Origin: Candidatus Nomurabacteria bacterium
Lineage (GTDB): Bacteria > Patescibacteriota > Minisyncoccia > Phycocordibacterales > UBA918
Direction of reading: 5' to 3'
Assembly (NCBI GenBank): GCA_023898565.1
Contig: CP060228.1
Coordinates: 432,594 to 496,593, forward strand
Length of the DNA stretch: 64,000 nucleotides
Shown piece by piece: positions 26,623 through 36,670 of this stretch. A program made the position numbers and the translations under genes. How positions within the stretch are numbered: position 1 is the first letter of the stretch; the number at the start of each line of letters is the position of its first letter. The notes under the pieces were generated by a model. It was not told the DNA's origin and ran no database searches. It saw only the letters and a program-made list of their open reading frames with translations.

Positions 26623-27348
26623 TTACTGATTGAGAATGCTTAGGTCAACTAAGTTCACCACTCCGTCATGGTTAAAATCTGATCGGAGATTTTGTGTGGC
26701 TAAATGGGCCATGAAAATACTGACGTCAGCGATTGATTGTTTGCCGTCAGCGTTTAGGTCGATGCTGTTGGCTGGGGCAAGAACGGTAACACGTGGTCCT
26801 TTGACTGAGTCTGCTTTAGCAACGGTTCCAGAATCTAACTTTTCTGGCTCAATAGTGAATATGCTGTCGATTGGGTCAGGTACAGTTGCGTCAGAGCCGA
26901 GTCCGTCGTGACGTAAAATCCGTATGTCACTCATGTGTAGAGATGTCTCTCCTGGCTGAATGGCTTCAAAAGTGACGGTAATAAGTTGTTCATTTCCAAC
27001 GAATCCGCCTGATCTGGTGGTTCCGCCGATAAACGTAAGGGTGCCATTGCCATTGCCGTACCAAGGTAGCTCTGCCCACAAGTCAGCCACGGAGGTGTTG
27101 TAATCAATGGTGACGATTTTAAGATTTTTTGGGTCGTATTCAAGAATCCCTTTAAATACATTAACGGGTTCTTTCGCCTCAACAAGTAAAACTACTTCGA
27201 AATACTCATGAACCGCATGAGTGTGGTCGGGGGTAATCACGGTGATATTTGCCGTTGTTGATGTATTATCTGTGTTGCTAAGACTTAGGGTAAGCAGGCC
27301 AAGAATAACACTGGCAATGAGGAGGCGGGTGGTTTGAATGCCAAACAT
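26623..27348 (-). CDS. Secreted protein with a C-terminal type I dockerin and an N-terminal cohesin-like beta-sandwich
   Basis: Signal/TM MFGIQTTRLLIASVILGLLTL. C-terminal duplicated Ca-binding loops DLNADGKQSIADVSIF...DFNHDGVVNLVDLSIL match the dockerin consensus. Confidence 0.55.
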   Translation of the reverse strand: MFGIQTTRLLIASVILGLLTLSLSNTDNTSTTANITVITPDHTHAVHEYFEVVLLVEAKEPVNVFKGILEYDPKNLKIVTIDYNTSVADLWAELPWYGNGNGTLTFIGGTTRSGGFVGNEQLITVTFEAIQPGETSLHMSDIRILRHDGLGSDATVPDPIDSIFTIEPEKLDSGTVAKADSVKGPRVTVLAPANSIDLNADGKQSIADVSIFMAHLATQNLRSDFNHDGVVNLVDLSILNQ

Positions 27349-27378
27349 ATCTCTTTTAGTATAATGTAATTTGTACAT

Positions 27379-27684
27379 ATGACCAGTAAGATATATACCC
27401 TGCAAGTCAGGCTGTGGATGTATCCTGGCGAGTTTGCCAACTGGTATTTTGTGACGGTGCCTAAAAAAATGAGCACCGAAATCAAAGAGGGTTTTGGTAA
27501 GTACGCGCGAGGTTTTGGTTCATTGCCTGTTGCGGTGACTGTTGGCAAGACCGCCTGGGAAACTTCCATCTTCCCTGATACACGTTCCGGAACATACCTT
27601 TTGCCAATTAAAGCTAAGGTGCGTAAAGAAGAGGCGTTATTTGCGGATGATGTAATTGCCGTTTCGTTTAAAGTGCGTCAGTGA
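27379..27684 (+). CDS. DUF1905-domain protein
   Basis: WYFVTVPK...RGFGSLPVAVTVGKTAWETSIFP...GTYLLPIKAKVRK matches the DUF1905 pattern. Confidence 0.5.
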   Translation: MTSKIYTLQVRLWMYPGEFANWYFVTVPKKMSTEIKEGFGKYARGFGSLPVAVTVGKTAWETSIFPDTRSGTYLLPIKAKVRKEEALFADDVIAVSFKVRQ

Positions 27685-27815
27685 CTGTGAGTATCCGCTT
27701 CACGAAAATGAGCAGGGCAGTATAATAGATGTGACATGAGCGCCCGCGGGCCAAGGAGAGATAATAATCTCCCCACACTACAGGTCATCATGCATTAATA
27801 GCTAATGCATTCAAC

Positions 27816-27887
27816 ATGGCAAAAGGAATGGACAAAAAGAAGGAGGTAAAGAAGCCTAAGAAGGTTGCTCCGAAGAAGAAATAAGGG
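27816..27887 (+). CDS. Candidate 23-aa lysine-rich micro-protein
   Basis: MAKGMDKKKEVKKPKKVAPKKK, followed immediately by a terminator. No SD. Speculative. Confidence 0.2.
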
Positions 27888-27896
27888 AGCATAGGC

Positions 27897-27932
27897 ATAA
27901 AACGGGGCCGCGCGAAGCGCGGCCCCGTTTTA
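27897..27932. terminator. Bidirectional terminator
   Basis: AAAACGGGGCCGCGC-GAAG-GCGCGGCCCCGTTTT. Confidence 0.7.
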
Positions 27933-27934
27933 TG

Positions 27935-28309
27935 CTACTGCCAAAGCGAGAGCCAGACACCGATGTAGTGCACTACAACGTAGAGAAAAAATAGGTACCC
28001 GAGAACGCCGGCGATAAGGGTGAGCGCGATGTAGTTGATGATTTCATTACGTCGCTTCACTGCCTCGTCAATCGTACAGATACCTTTTTTACGGCTGAGG
28101 TAAAACCACAGTGAACCAAGAAGGGCGAGCAGGCCAATTCCCCGAAACACCCATTTGTAATCACCATATAGTGTGTCTGCTAGAGATGAAGCAAAGCTAA
28201 CTGTGGAAAGACCAAGTAATACTAAAATGACCGGAGATAGGCAGCAAAGGGAGGCAATCATCACGGGGAGACTGCTAATTTTGAATACTTCTTTCAAACG
28301 AGGGCTCAT
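27935..28309 (-). CDS. MerT-like small membrane protein (CC motif in TM1)
   Basis: IASLCCLSPVILVLLGLS resembles the MerT SACCLGPLVLIALG helix. 124 aa, three TM segments. Confidence 0.4.
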   Translation of the reverse strand: MSPRLKEVFKISSLPVMIASLCCLSPVILVLLGLSTVSFASSLADTLYGDYKWVFRGIGLLALLGSLWFYLSRKKGICTIDEAVKRRNEIINYIALTLIAGVLGYLFFLYVVVHYIGVWLSLWQ

Positions 28310-28436
28310 AGATGATTTTAATTGAATAAGTTTTAGTTTTATACGAATTCGTATCAGATTGCTTTCAATAGCAGCTTGACTATTAGTGCCTCTGTACTAT
28401 GTTGGTGAAAGCAAACAGTTTTTTGGAGAAATCACC

Positions 28437-28859
28437 ATGTCTACCGATGCATCGATTTTCGAAAAGATTCGTGATTGGCCGCTTGCAGCTTTGTTCGAAA
28501 TAAACCTACTTGATCAGATGTTGCTGGAGTGTGGGGTTTTGCATGCAGCTACGTGTGGCCGATACCGGAATGCGATTATTGACTTTATAAAAAGTGCGTG
28601 TCGTGTGATGTCTTATGACTTTGACAGCATTCCGGTTAGGAGTTTTCCATGGACAGCAGTGAAGGTGCGCGCATACGATAAAGTGTGGTTCGTAAATCCG
28701 CAGAAAGCAGGTACTGCTGTGATGCTTAAAGGTGACGGTGCAGCCACGAAGTTTCTTGAGCTGCTGCAATTGCTTAAACTTCGTGAAGTGCCTGATTTAG
28801 AGCGAGCAGAGCTGATAAGTACGTTGCGTGTACAGATGCAATTGCTTAGGTTGGGTTGA
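28437..28859 (+). CDS. Hypothetical protein
   Basis: GGAGAA RBS 7 nt before ATG 28437 (track ORF begins at GTG 28386). 140 aa. Confidence 0.35.
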   Translation: MSTDASIFEKIRDWPLAALFEINLLDQMLLECGVLHAATCGRYRNAIIDFIKSACRVMSYDFDSIPVRSFPWTAVKVRAYDKVWFVNPQKAGTAVMLKGDGAATKFLELLQLLKLREVPDLERAELISTLRVQMQLLRLG

Positions 28860-28864
28860 TATTT

Positions 28865-28894
28865 AGGGCCGCCAGCGAAGCTGGCGGCCCTTTC
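28865..28894 (+). terminator. Terminator
   Basis: AGGGCCGCCAGC-GAAG-GCTGGCGGCCCTTT. Confidence 0.65.
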
Positions 28895-28903
28895 TGTAGG
28901 CAT

Positions 28904-28931
28904 TGCCGTTTCAACTTTAATGCAGTATAGT
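28904..28931 (+). promoter_or_regulatory. Putative fusA promoter
   Basis: TTGCCG - 16 nt - TATAGT about 90 nt upstream of fusA. Confidence 0.25.
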
Positions 28932-29020
28932 ATCGCGGTCTGGCCTCTGGGCCGATTTTTTCTATTGCTAATTGCACTAGGGAGGTAAATTATTACATAT
29001 ATAAGTAAGATTATTATTTT

Positions 29021-31201
29021 ATGGCACGAGAATTTCCACTCGAAAAACTACGTAACTTCGGTATCGTAGCGCACGTAGACGCCGGAAAGACAACGACGTC
29101 TGAGCGTGTACTTTTCTACACAGGTATGAGTCACAAGATCGGTGAGGTGCACGATGGTGCAACCGTTACTGACTGGATGGAGCAGGAACGCGAACGCGGT
29201 ATTACCATTACTGCAGCGGCGATTTCTTGTAACTGGTCTAAGACCATGGAAGAAGACCGAAAGGATAAGTCAAAGATGTTCACGTTTAACATCATCGACA
29301 CTCCTGGTCACATCGACTTCACGGCTGAGGTAAAGCGCTCAATGCGTGTACTTGACGGAGCCGTAGTGGTATTTGATGGTGCTGCTGGTGTGGAACCACA
29401 GACTGAAACTAACTGGGGATATGCTGATGAAGCTAATGTGCCACGTCTTTGTTTCGTTAATAAAATGGACAAGCTTGGTGCAGACTATGATGCTTCAATT
29501 AAGTCAATCCACGAACGTCTTTCACCAAAGGCAGTGCGTATCCAGCTTCCGATTGGTGCTGAAGATACCATGTCTGGTGTAGTCGACCTTATTCAGATGA
29601 AGGCGTATCGCTTTGGTGGGGAAATGGGCATGCAGGTGACTGAAGAAGAAGTGCCGGCAGACATGCTCGAAGCAGCGCAGAAGTGGCGCGGTGAAATGAT
29701 TGAAGCGATTGTGGCGCATGACGACGCGCTTATGGAAGCGTACCTCGGTGGCGAAGAGCCAACCGTAGAGCAGCTCAAGACAACGCTCCGCAAAGCCGTG
29801 ATTGCGTGTGAAATTTTCCCAGTGCTTGCTGGTACAGCACTTCGTAATATTGGTGTGCAGCTCGTACTCGACGCGGTGGTAGACTACCTCCCATCACCGC
29901 TTGATTTGCCTCCAGTGCATGGCGTTGATCCAAAGGATGAAGAAACAGTGATTGAGCGTCATCCGTCTGATGAAGAGCCGTTTGCTGCGCTTGCGTTTAA
30001 GCTTCAGGACGATAAGTTCGTTGGACAGCTCGCGTTTTTCCGCGTGTACTCAGGTGTGGTGAAGGCGGGTTCATACATCGTGAACTCATCAACCGGCAAC
30101 AAAGAGCGTGTTGGTCGTATTGTGCGACTTATGGCTGACAAGCGTACTGAAGTAGAAGAAGTGTACGCCGGAGAAATTGCTGCGATGGTAGGTCTTAAGG
30201 AAGTGAAGACATCACACACACTCTGTGATGTAGACAAGCCAATCATTCTTGAGCAGATCACCTTCCCAGAACCAGTGGTAGCAGTGCGCGTAGAACCAAA
30301 GACTAAGAATGACCAGGAGAAGATGGGTGTCGCACTTAAGCGTCTCGCTGATGAAGACCCAACTTTCAAGGTGTCGACTGACGAAGAAACCCTCGAAACC
30401 ATTATTGCAGGTATGGGTGAACTCCACCTCGAAATTATCGTTGATCGTATGAAGCGAGAGTTCGGTGTTGAGGCTAACATTGGCGCACCACAGGTGGCCT
30501 ACCGCGAAACCATTCAGGGTGAAGCGGAAGCAGAGCACAAGTACATCAAGCAGTCTGGCGGTCGTGGTCAGTACGGACACGTTAAGATCCGTATCAAGCC
30601 ACTTCAGCCACTTGCAGTTGGCGCTGACGGTGAAGTAGAAAAAGTGGCTAAGAACATCACTCGTGAAGACCACTTCGAATTCATCAACAACATCAAGGGA
30701 GGTGTGATTCCAGGTGAATACATCCCAGCGGTGATGAAGGGAGCAAAGGAAGCAATGAGTCGTGGTTTCGTTGCTGGCTACAAGATGGAAGATGTGTCCG
30801 TAGAACTCTTCGATGGTAGCTACCACGATGTTGACTCATCAGAAATTGCCTTCAAGCTTGCCGGTATCAACGCCTTCAAGGATGCAGCGAAGAAAGCAAA
30901 TGCAGTTATCCTCGAACCAATCATGAAGGTAGAGGTGCGTACACCAGAAGAGTACATGGGAGACATCAATGGAAACATCTCTTCAAAGCGTGGTCAGGTA
31001 GAAGGAACAGAAGAAATGGGTGGAAAGACAATCGTGCATGCGAAAGTACCACTTTCAGAAATGTTCGGGTACACCAACACCCTTCGTTCAATGACCCAGG
31101 GTCGCGCTTCAATGACTATGGAATTCGACCACTACGAAGTAGTACCACCAAACGTAGCGGCCGATATCAAGAAGGCCCGAGGAATTTCAGACGAAGCTTA
31201 A
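29021..31201 (+). CDS. fusA: Elongation factor G
   Basis: [11 protein letters not shown]1 motif, DTPGH, NKMD. 726 aa colinear with EF-G. Confidence 0.92.
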   Translation: MAREFPLEKLRNFGIVAHVDAGKTTTSERVLFYTGMSHKIGEVHDGATVTDWMEQERERGITITAAAISCNWSKTMEEDRKDKSKMFTFNIIDTPGHIDFTAEVKRSMRVLDGAVVVFDGAAGVEPQTETNWGYADEANVPRLCFVNKMDKLGADYDASIKSIHERLSPKAVRIQLPIGAEDTMSGVVDLIQMKAYRFGGEMGMQVTEEEVPADMLEAAQKWRGEMIEAIVAHDDALMEAYLGGEEPTVEQLKTTLRKAVIACEIFPVLAGTALRNIGVQLVLDAVVDYLPSPLDLPPVHGVDPKDEETVIERHPSDEEPFAALAFKLQDDKFVGQLAFFRVYSGVVKAGSYIVNSSTGNKERVGRIVRLMADKRTEVEEVYAGEIAAMVGLKEVKTSHTLCDVDKPIILEQITFPEPVVAVRVEPKTKNDQEKMGVALKRLADEDPTFKVSTDEETLETIIAGMGELHLEIIVDRMKREFGVEANIGAPQVAYRETIQGEAEAEHKYIKQSGGRGQYGHVKIRIKPLQPLAVGADGEVEKVAKNITREDHFEFINNIKGGVIPGEYIPAVMKGAKEAMSRGFVAGYKMEDVSVELFDGSYHDVDSSEIAFKLAGINAFKDAAKKANAVILEPIMKVEVRTPEEYMGDINGNISSKRGQVEGTEEMGGKTIVHAKVPLSEMFGYTNTLRSMTQGRASMTMEFDHYEVVPPNVAADIKKARGISDEA

Positions 31202-31217
31202 TTGTTAGTTGTAATGA

Positions 31218-31250
31218 TAAAAGCCGCGCCCGAAGGGCGCGCCTTTTTTA
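31218..31250 (+). terminator. Terminator after fusA
   Basis: AAAAGCCGCGCCC-GAA-GGGCGCGCCTTTTTT. Confidence 0.7.
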
Positions 31251-31300
31251 TACCCATCCTCCCTTACTCCCCTCAGTATAAATTTGCTAATCTTATAAAT

Positions 31301-33016
31301 ATGATACGTATTATTCTTAAGTGTGTTTACTTGTGTTTCGTGTTTGGTTTCTTCACCACCACCCATGCCGCCGTCACCCCCGACGCTCCGACCAACTTCA
31401 TTACCACCTGGAACACTGAGAACTCTGGTACAAGTGCTAATAACCAAATCACTATCCCAGGCACTGGCGCTGGATACAACTATGAAATCTATTGGGAGAA
31501 TACCGCTAGCTCAACCCAAAACGGTACGACCACCCTCATTACCACCAGCTCATACACCCTGACCTTCCCTGAACCAGGTATATATGAGGTGCAAGCTAGT
31601 GGTACCTTTCCGAGGATTTTCTTTAACAACACCGGAGACAAAGATAAGATTCTGACCGTAGAGCAGTGGGGAGATATTGCTTGGACTAGTATGGCACAAT
31701 CATTTTTTGGTTGCACCAACCTAACAGTGCCCGCTACCGATGCACCGGATTTGAGTGGGGTGACGGATATGAGTAGTATGTTCCAGAGTGCAGCTTCTTT
31801 TAACCAGCCTATAGAGCACTGGAATGTTTCGAATGTGACGAACATGTACTCATTATTCCTCTCAGCTTCAATTTTCAATCAGCCTTTAAATAATTGGGAT
31901 GTTTCGAATGTGACGAATATGGCCTGGATGTTTGAGAGAACGTGGGATTTCAACCAGCCTTTGAATAATTGGGATGTTTCAAATGTTACTGTCATGAATA
32001 GAATGTTCTACGGTGGGGCTGAGATGTCACCGTGGAATAATCCCCCTAACAAATTTAACCAAGACATAAGCATGTGGGACACTTCCAGCGTGACTGGTAT
32101 GCATCTAATGTTCCGAAACTCAGACTTCAACCAGCCATTGAATAATTGGGATGTTTCAAAAGTGCAGAATTTTAGTGAAATGTTTTTTGCATCAGACTTC
32201 AACCAGCCCTTAAACAACTGGGACACCTCCAGCTCAACAAACATGCTGTGGATGTTCAGAGATAATGTTGTATTCGATCAAGACCTTTCCACCTGGGATA
32301 TTAGTGGTAATACAAATATGTCTGAAATGTTCCTAGACGCCGCCCTCTCCACCCAAAACCTAGACGCCACCCTCACATCCTGGGCCGCTCAACCAGTCCA
32401 ACCAAACATACTATTCCACCTCGGCCTCAAAACATACACCGAGACCGGAGCCACCGCCCTCGCCACTCTCCGAGACACATACAACTGGACTATCACCGAA
32501 CAATATAAAGCCGAATATTACCCATCCGCCGACGCTATCCTCGAAGGCACTAGTATCCAATCACCACTAGACTACGGTGCCACCACCACAGCCGTCACCA
32601 TTACCCCCAAGAAAAACTGTACCTTCATCCAATGGAGCGATGGTAATACAGATAATCCCCGCCAGGATGTCCTCACCGATAACCTTAGTGTAACTGCGGA
32701 GCTCCACTGTGTTACCTATAGCACCAGTGCTGCCACCCAACGTGACCGTGCACGCCAGTATGGCAACGAAACGCACGCTGAAGTAATGGAAGATCGTTTC
32801 CTCTCCGACGAAACCACTACCAGTACTCTAGCTGCATACACTCCACCAGCTACGCTTGCAGAGTCGCTTGAGCAAGTCAAAGCTCTGCCTAAGACACTCA
32901 ATACCATAGACATCGCCACTACCGACAAAGGCGTAGTCAAGGACCTCATACAAACTCTTTTGGCATTAGTGGAAGTGTTGACGAAGCTGTTGCTGAGTAT
33001 GGAGAGTGAGGGGTAG
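31301..33016 (+). CDS. Secreted DUF285-type repeat protein (Mycoplasma/BspA-like FNQ...WDVSNVTNM repeats)
   Basis: Signal peptide MIRIILKCVYLCFVFGFFTTTHA. At least seven tandem ~24-aa repeats FNQPLNNWDVSNVTNMxxMF. ATG 31301 chosen because the upstream track start overlaps the fusA terminator. Confidence 0.6.
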   Translation: MIRIILKCVYLCFVFGFFTTTHAAVTPDAPTNFITTWNTENSGTSANNQITIPGTGAGYNYEIYWENTASSTQNGTTTLITTSSYTLTFPEPGIYEVQASGTFPRIFFNNTGDKDKILTVEQWGDIAWTSMAQSFFGCTNLTVPATDAPDLSGVTDMSSMFQSAASFNQPIEHWNVSNVTNMYSLFLSASIFNQPLNNWDVSNVTNMAWMFERTWDFNQPLNNWDVSNVTVMNRMFYGGAEMSPWNNPPNKFNQDISMWDTSSVTGMHLMFRNSDFNQPLNNWDVSKVQNFSEMFFASDFNQPLNNWDTSSSTNMLWMFRDNVVFDQDLSTWDISGNTNMSEMFLDAALSTQNLDATLTSWAAQPVQPNILFHLGLKTYTETGATALATLRDTYNWTITEQYKAEYYPSADAILEGTSIQSPLDYGATTTAVTITPKKNCTFIQWSDGNTDNPRQDVLTDNLSVTAELHCVTYSTSAATQRDRARQYGNETHAEVMEDRFLSDETTTSTLAAYTPPATLAESLEQVKALPKTLNTIDIATTDKGVVKDLIQTLLALVEVLTKLLLSMESEG

Positions 33017-33090
33017 GGAAGCTAGCTGGGCATCAACTGCGCATGTAGTGTAGTTGCTGCTCTGAACTATCTGCGGTACTTTATATACAT

Positions 33091-33375
33091 ATGCCAACAT
33101 ACCCAGAATCGGTACCGCAATCATCTCAAGGTGATGAGGTGGTGCTTGAGGAAGTCTCAAATCAAGCCATTATTGAACTGCAAGGTCCGGTGCTGGCGGC
33201 ACTTTTTGACGGTAACGAGGAATCTGTCATGAAATGGATCCAAACTCCAGGTAACGGGGATGTGCTACGCACCGTTGTCACGGAATATCTTGAAGAAGGC
33301 GGTGATCCAGCTCAGGTTGAAGTGGTGGTAGAGCAGCTGCGCGAGCGGTTGCGTTCTGTTGGTGGGGTGCACTAA
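33091..33375 (+). CDS. Small hypothetical acidic protein
   Basis: 94 aa. No family recognised. Confidence 0.3.
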   Translation: MPTYPESVPQSSQGDEVVLEEVSNQAIIELQGPVLAALFDGNEESVMKWIQTPGNGDVLRTVVTEYLEEGGDPAQVEVVVEQLRERLRSVGGVH

Positions 33376-33567
33376 TAAAATTGGAGCCTCCTCCAAAGAG
33401 CCCGGCCGTGAGTGCTTGCAAAACCAGATATCTCTGGTACCATAGCCGCACTGTCACCATTGTGTGACGGTATAGAATAATTGCTCTTTCACACGTGCTC
33501 GTTGGTAAACGAGACGCGGCGTTCTCGCGCCGTCTTGTTTGCACACGGGAATTATGCGCTGCGAAAG

Positions 33568-33599
33568 AGCCTACAGTATTTTTACTATAGGCTTTTTTT
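33568..33599 (+). terminator. Terminator immediately upstream of tuf
   Basis: AGCCTACAGTA-TTTTT-TACTATAGGCTTTTTTT. Confidence 0.55.
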
Positions 33600-33656
33600 A
33601 TACGCAGTGTGCGTACGAGTAATTTTTAATTATCATTAAAACTAATCTACTTTAAT

Positions 33657-34850
33657 ATGGCAGATTTTGATCGTTCAAAGCCGCACATCAACGTAGGTAC
33701 TATTGGTCACGTAGACCACGGTAAGACTACTTTGACGGCTGCTATTCTTACTGTACTCAAGGCTCATGAAGGAGAAGGGTACGGAGCAAACGTAAAGGCA
33801 GTTGAAGATATCGATAAGGCCCCAGAAGAAAAGGCTCGCGGTATTACTATTTCTCTCTCACACTCTGAGTATGAGACTCCAAAGCGACACTATGCGCACA
33901 TCGATGCGCCAGGTCACGCGGACTACATCAAGAACATGATTACTGGTGCTGCTCAGATGGACGGCGCAGTACTTGTAGTAGCTGCTACAGACGGTGCGAT
34001 GCCACAGACACGTGAGCACGTACTTCTTGCAAAGCAGGTGGGTGTACCAAAGATCATCGTGTTCCTCAACAAGTGCGACATGGTGGATGATGAAGAAATG
34101 CTTATGCTCGTTGAAGAAGAACTTCGTGAACTTCTCACTGCCAATGGATACGATGGTGAAAATGCACCGATCATCCATGGTTCAGGGCTCAAGGCACTTG
34201 AGGATGCAACATCTGAGTGGGGCAAGAAGGTGCTCGACCTTGCTAACGCAATGGACGACTACTTCCCAACACCAGAACGTGATCTCGACAAGCCATTCCT
34301 GATGCCAATCGAAGACATCTTCTCAATTGAAGGTCGCGGTACAGTAGTAACTGGTCGTGTAGAGCGTGGTGCAGTTAAGGTGGGTGAAGAAGTAGAGATT
34401 GTTGGTATCAAGGATACTACCGTCACTACAGTGACTGGTGTTGAAATGTTCAACAAGCAGCTCGACCGTGCTCAGGCTGGTGACAACGCTGGTATTCTTC
34501 TCCGTGGTACTAAGAAGGAGGACGTACACCGAGGTCAGGTACTCGCTGCGAAGGGTTCTGTAACCCCACACACTGAGTTCGAGGCTGAAGTATACGTACT
34601 TTCAAAGGATGAAGGTGGTCGTCACACACCATTCTTCTCAGGATACAAGCCACAGTTCTACGTACGTACAACAGACGTAACTGGTGACGTAACACTCGCA
34701 GAAGGTACCGAAATGGTAATGCCAGGAGACACTGCAACATTCAAGGTAAAGCTTGTATCTGCAGTAGCGCTTGAAGAGCAGCAGAACTTTGCTATCCGTG
34801 AAGGTGGTAAGACTGTAGGTGCTGGTGTGGTAACTAAGATTATTGCGTAA
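33657..34850 (+). CDS. tuf: Elongation factor Tu
   Basis: [26 protein letters not shown]. 397 aa. Confidence 0.95.
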   Translation: MADFDRSKPHINVGTIGHVDHGKTTLTAAILTVLKAHEGEGYGANVKAVEDIDKAPEEKARGITISLSHSEYETPKRHYAHIDAPGHADYIKNMITGAAQMDGAVLVVAATDGAMPQTREHVLLAKQVGVPKIIVFLNKCDMVDDEEMLMLVEEELRELLTANGYDGENAPIIHGSGLKALEDATSEWGKKVLDLANAMDDYFPTPERDLDKPFLMPIEDIFSIEGRGTVVTGRVERGAVKVGEEVEIVGIKDTTVTTVTGVEMFNKQLDRAQAGDNAGILLRGTKKEDVHRGQVLAAKGSVTPHTEFEAEVYVLSKDEGGRHTPFFSGYKPQFYVRTTDVTGDVTLAEGTEMVMPGDTATFKVKLVSAVALEEQQNFAIREGGKTVGAGVVTKIIA

Positions 34851-34875
34851 TAACGCTTAATTAAACGTACACATC

Positions 34876-35211
34876 ATGGCTACAGACACTACATCAACTG
34901 GCGCGATCAATAAGCTTCGCATTCGAGTGCGTGCGTACGAGCACAAGATTCTCGATACATCAGTGAAGCAAATCATTGATACCGCAATGCGCTTTGATGC
35001 TCAGGTGGTCGGACCAATTCCGCTTCCAACTGAAATCAAAAAGTACACGGTAAATCGTTCAACTTTCGTGCACAAGGACGCGCGAGAACAATTTGAGATG
35101 CGAACACACAAGCGTGTGATCGACATTCTCAATCCGAGTCCTAAAGTCGTTGAGGCTCTCACGAACCTCTCACTTCCATCAGGAGTGAACATCGACGTAA
35201 AGATGATGTAG
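34876..35211 (+). CDS. rpsJ: 30S ribosomal protein S10
   Basis: INKLRIRVRAYEHKILD...PIPLPT... is the S10 core. Confidence 0.9.
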   Translation: MATDTTSTGAINKLRIRVRAYEHKILDTSVKQIIDTAMRFDAQVVGPIPLPTEIKKYTVNRSTFVHKDAREQFEMRTHKRVIDILNPSPKVVEALTNLSLPSGVNIDVKMM

Positions 35212-35337
35212 CCAAAATCAAGGAGGCAAAGCCGACTATGATTTTGGTTCTTCGGAGGCCGTCCCGTTCCTAGGACGGGCCGGAGAAGACTCATCACAGA
35301 AGTAACTAATACAAGTCACTTCCTCACTGATTTGGCG

Positions 35338-35386
35338 CTGTTGCCAAACATAAGAAAAAGCCACGTATTGTGGCTTTTTCTTATGT
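35338..35386 (+). repeat. CTGTTGCCAAA-hairpin unit A (16-bp perfect stem)
   Basis: CTGTTGCCAAA + CATAAGAAAAAGCCAC-GTATT-GTGGCTTTTTCTTATG. Confidence 0.55.
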
Positions 35387-35407
35387 CGCTACCTCAACTC
35401 AGGCACT

Positions 35408-35450
35408 CTGTTGCCAAAAAGAAAAACCACCTTCGGGTGGTTTTTCTTTT
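35408..35450 (+). repeat. CTGTTGCCAAA-hairpin unit B
   Basis: CTGTTGCCAAA + AAGAAAAACCACC-TTCG-GGTGGTTTTTCTTTT. Related to unit A and 70 nt downstream. Confidence 0.55.
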
Positions 35451-35933
35451 GGAGCAGAGCAGTGAATAATTAAAAGTTATCCACATTTATCCCCAGTGTG
35501 GTACTTGCACATTTTCTTGATAAGGAGATAATAGATGCATAACAGGAGGGCGAGTCCGCAAGGACTCGCCCGTTCTGTTGTTTCATCAGGTTTGATTTAC
35601 ACAAACCTGGCGAACTTAGAAATAGTTCTTTCAAGTAGTTCTTTAGCATTAATACATTACGTTGTATGCAAAATCTAGAAGATAACAAGATGTCATTTCA
35701 GTCGGAGAATAGCTGGATGGTCCAGTGTCTCAGTCTCGCAATGCTCGGTACGCTTACGTACCTCTATATTGCACCGATGGTTGCCTAACCATCCGTAGAA
35801 AACTCTTGTTTATTAAATAACACAAAGTCGGCCACATTGGTCGGCTTTTTTGTTGCTTTTTTTGAATAAATCAGTATACTAGCCCCAGCTTTTGAAGACC
35901 TATGTACGCAGTGTTTCTGCGGACCAATGGGCA

Positions 35934-35992
35934 CAAACCGCGCGAATTTTTTAGTGCGAGCTGTGCTCGCGCCAAAAAATTCGCGCGGTTTG
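35934..35992 (+). promoter_or_regulatory. 19-bp perfect stem with a structured 21-nt loop, 45 nt upstream of rplC (candidate S10-operon leader element)
   Basis: CAAACCGCGCGAATTTTTT-[AGTGCGAGCTGTGCTCGCGCC]-AAAAAATTCGCGCGGTTTG. The loop contains GCGAGC-TGT-GCTCGC. Confidence 0.45.
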
Positions 35993-36035
35993 TCGTATGG
36001 GTCAGAAAGCGTTTATTAACTAATCCATACAATCA

Positions 36036-36656
36036 ATGAAATTCATTGTTGGAGAAAAGACCGGAATGACACAGGTCTTCGATGCCGAAGGGGTGTGTCG
36101 TGCGGCAACTGTTCTAAAGGTTTCACCAGCTGTGATTGCGCAGGTGAAGACTGTAGAAAAGGATGGGTATGCAGCAGTTCAGCTTGCTTCAGGTGAGCAG
36201 AAGGAGCATCGTACCAATAAGGCTATGAAGGGACACTTCGGTGCTTCAGTAGCGATCGCTCGAGAGTTTCGTCCTCGTACTGGGGAAGAGACTGTAATCG
36301 ATGGTATCGAAAAGGGTGCTGCGATTGATGTGACTATGTTCACTCCAGGTGATGACATCTCTGTATCTGCTATCTCAAAAGGTAAGGGATTCCAGGGTGT
36401 AGTGAAGCGCCACGGCTTTGCCGGTGGTCGTCGTTCACATGGTCAAAAGCACTCAGAACGTGAACCAGGATCTATCGGTGCAACCGGTAAGAACCGCGTT
36501 CTAAAGGGAACACGTATGGCTGGCCGTATGGGTAGCGATACAGTAACCGTGAAGGGTCTTAAGGTCCTTCAGGTAAACGCAGCCGAAAACATCCTCGTGG
36601 TGTCAGGAGCTGTGCCAGGTCGAAAGGGAACATTAGTAGAGGTCTACGGCGCCTAA
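36036..36656 (+). CDS. rplC: 50S ribosomal protein L3
   Basis: MKFIVGEKTGMTQVFD... is the L3 N-terminus. Confidence 0.9.
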   Translation: MKFIVGEKTGMTQVFDAEGVCRAATVLKVSPAVIAQVKTVEKDGYAAVQLASGEQKEHRTNKAMKGHFGASVAIAREFRPRTGEETVIDGIEKGAAIDVTMFTPGDDISVSAISKGKGFQGVVKRHGFAGGRRSHGQKHSEREPGSIGATGKNRVLKGTRMAGRMGSDTVTVKGLKVLQVNAAENILVVSGAVPGRKGTLVEVYGA

Positions 36657-36670
36657 GTAACAACAAACAT

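Noticed and set aside
30004-30826. 158- and 204-aa minus-strand ORFs inside fusA
   Set aside because: They lie antisense within a highly conserved EF-G coding region and are compositionally implausible.
31202-31300. Upstream extension of the DUF285 gene (track start 31202)
   Set aside because: It would translate through the fusA terminator hairpin. The ATG at 31301 is followed directly by a canonical signal peptide.
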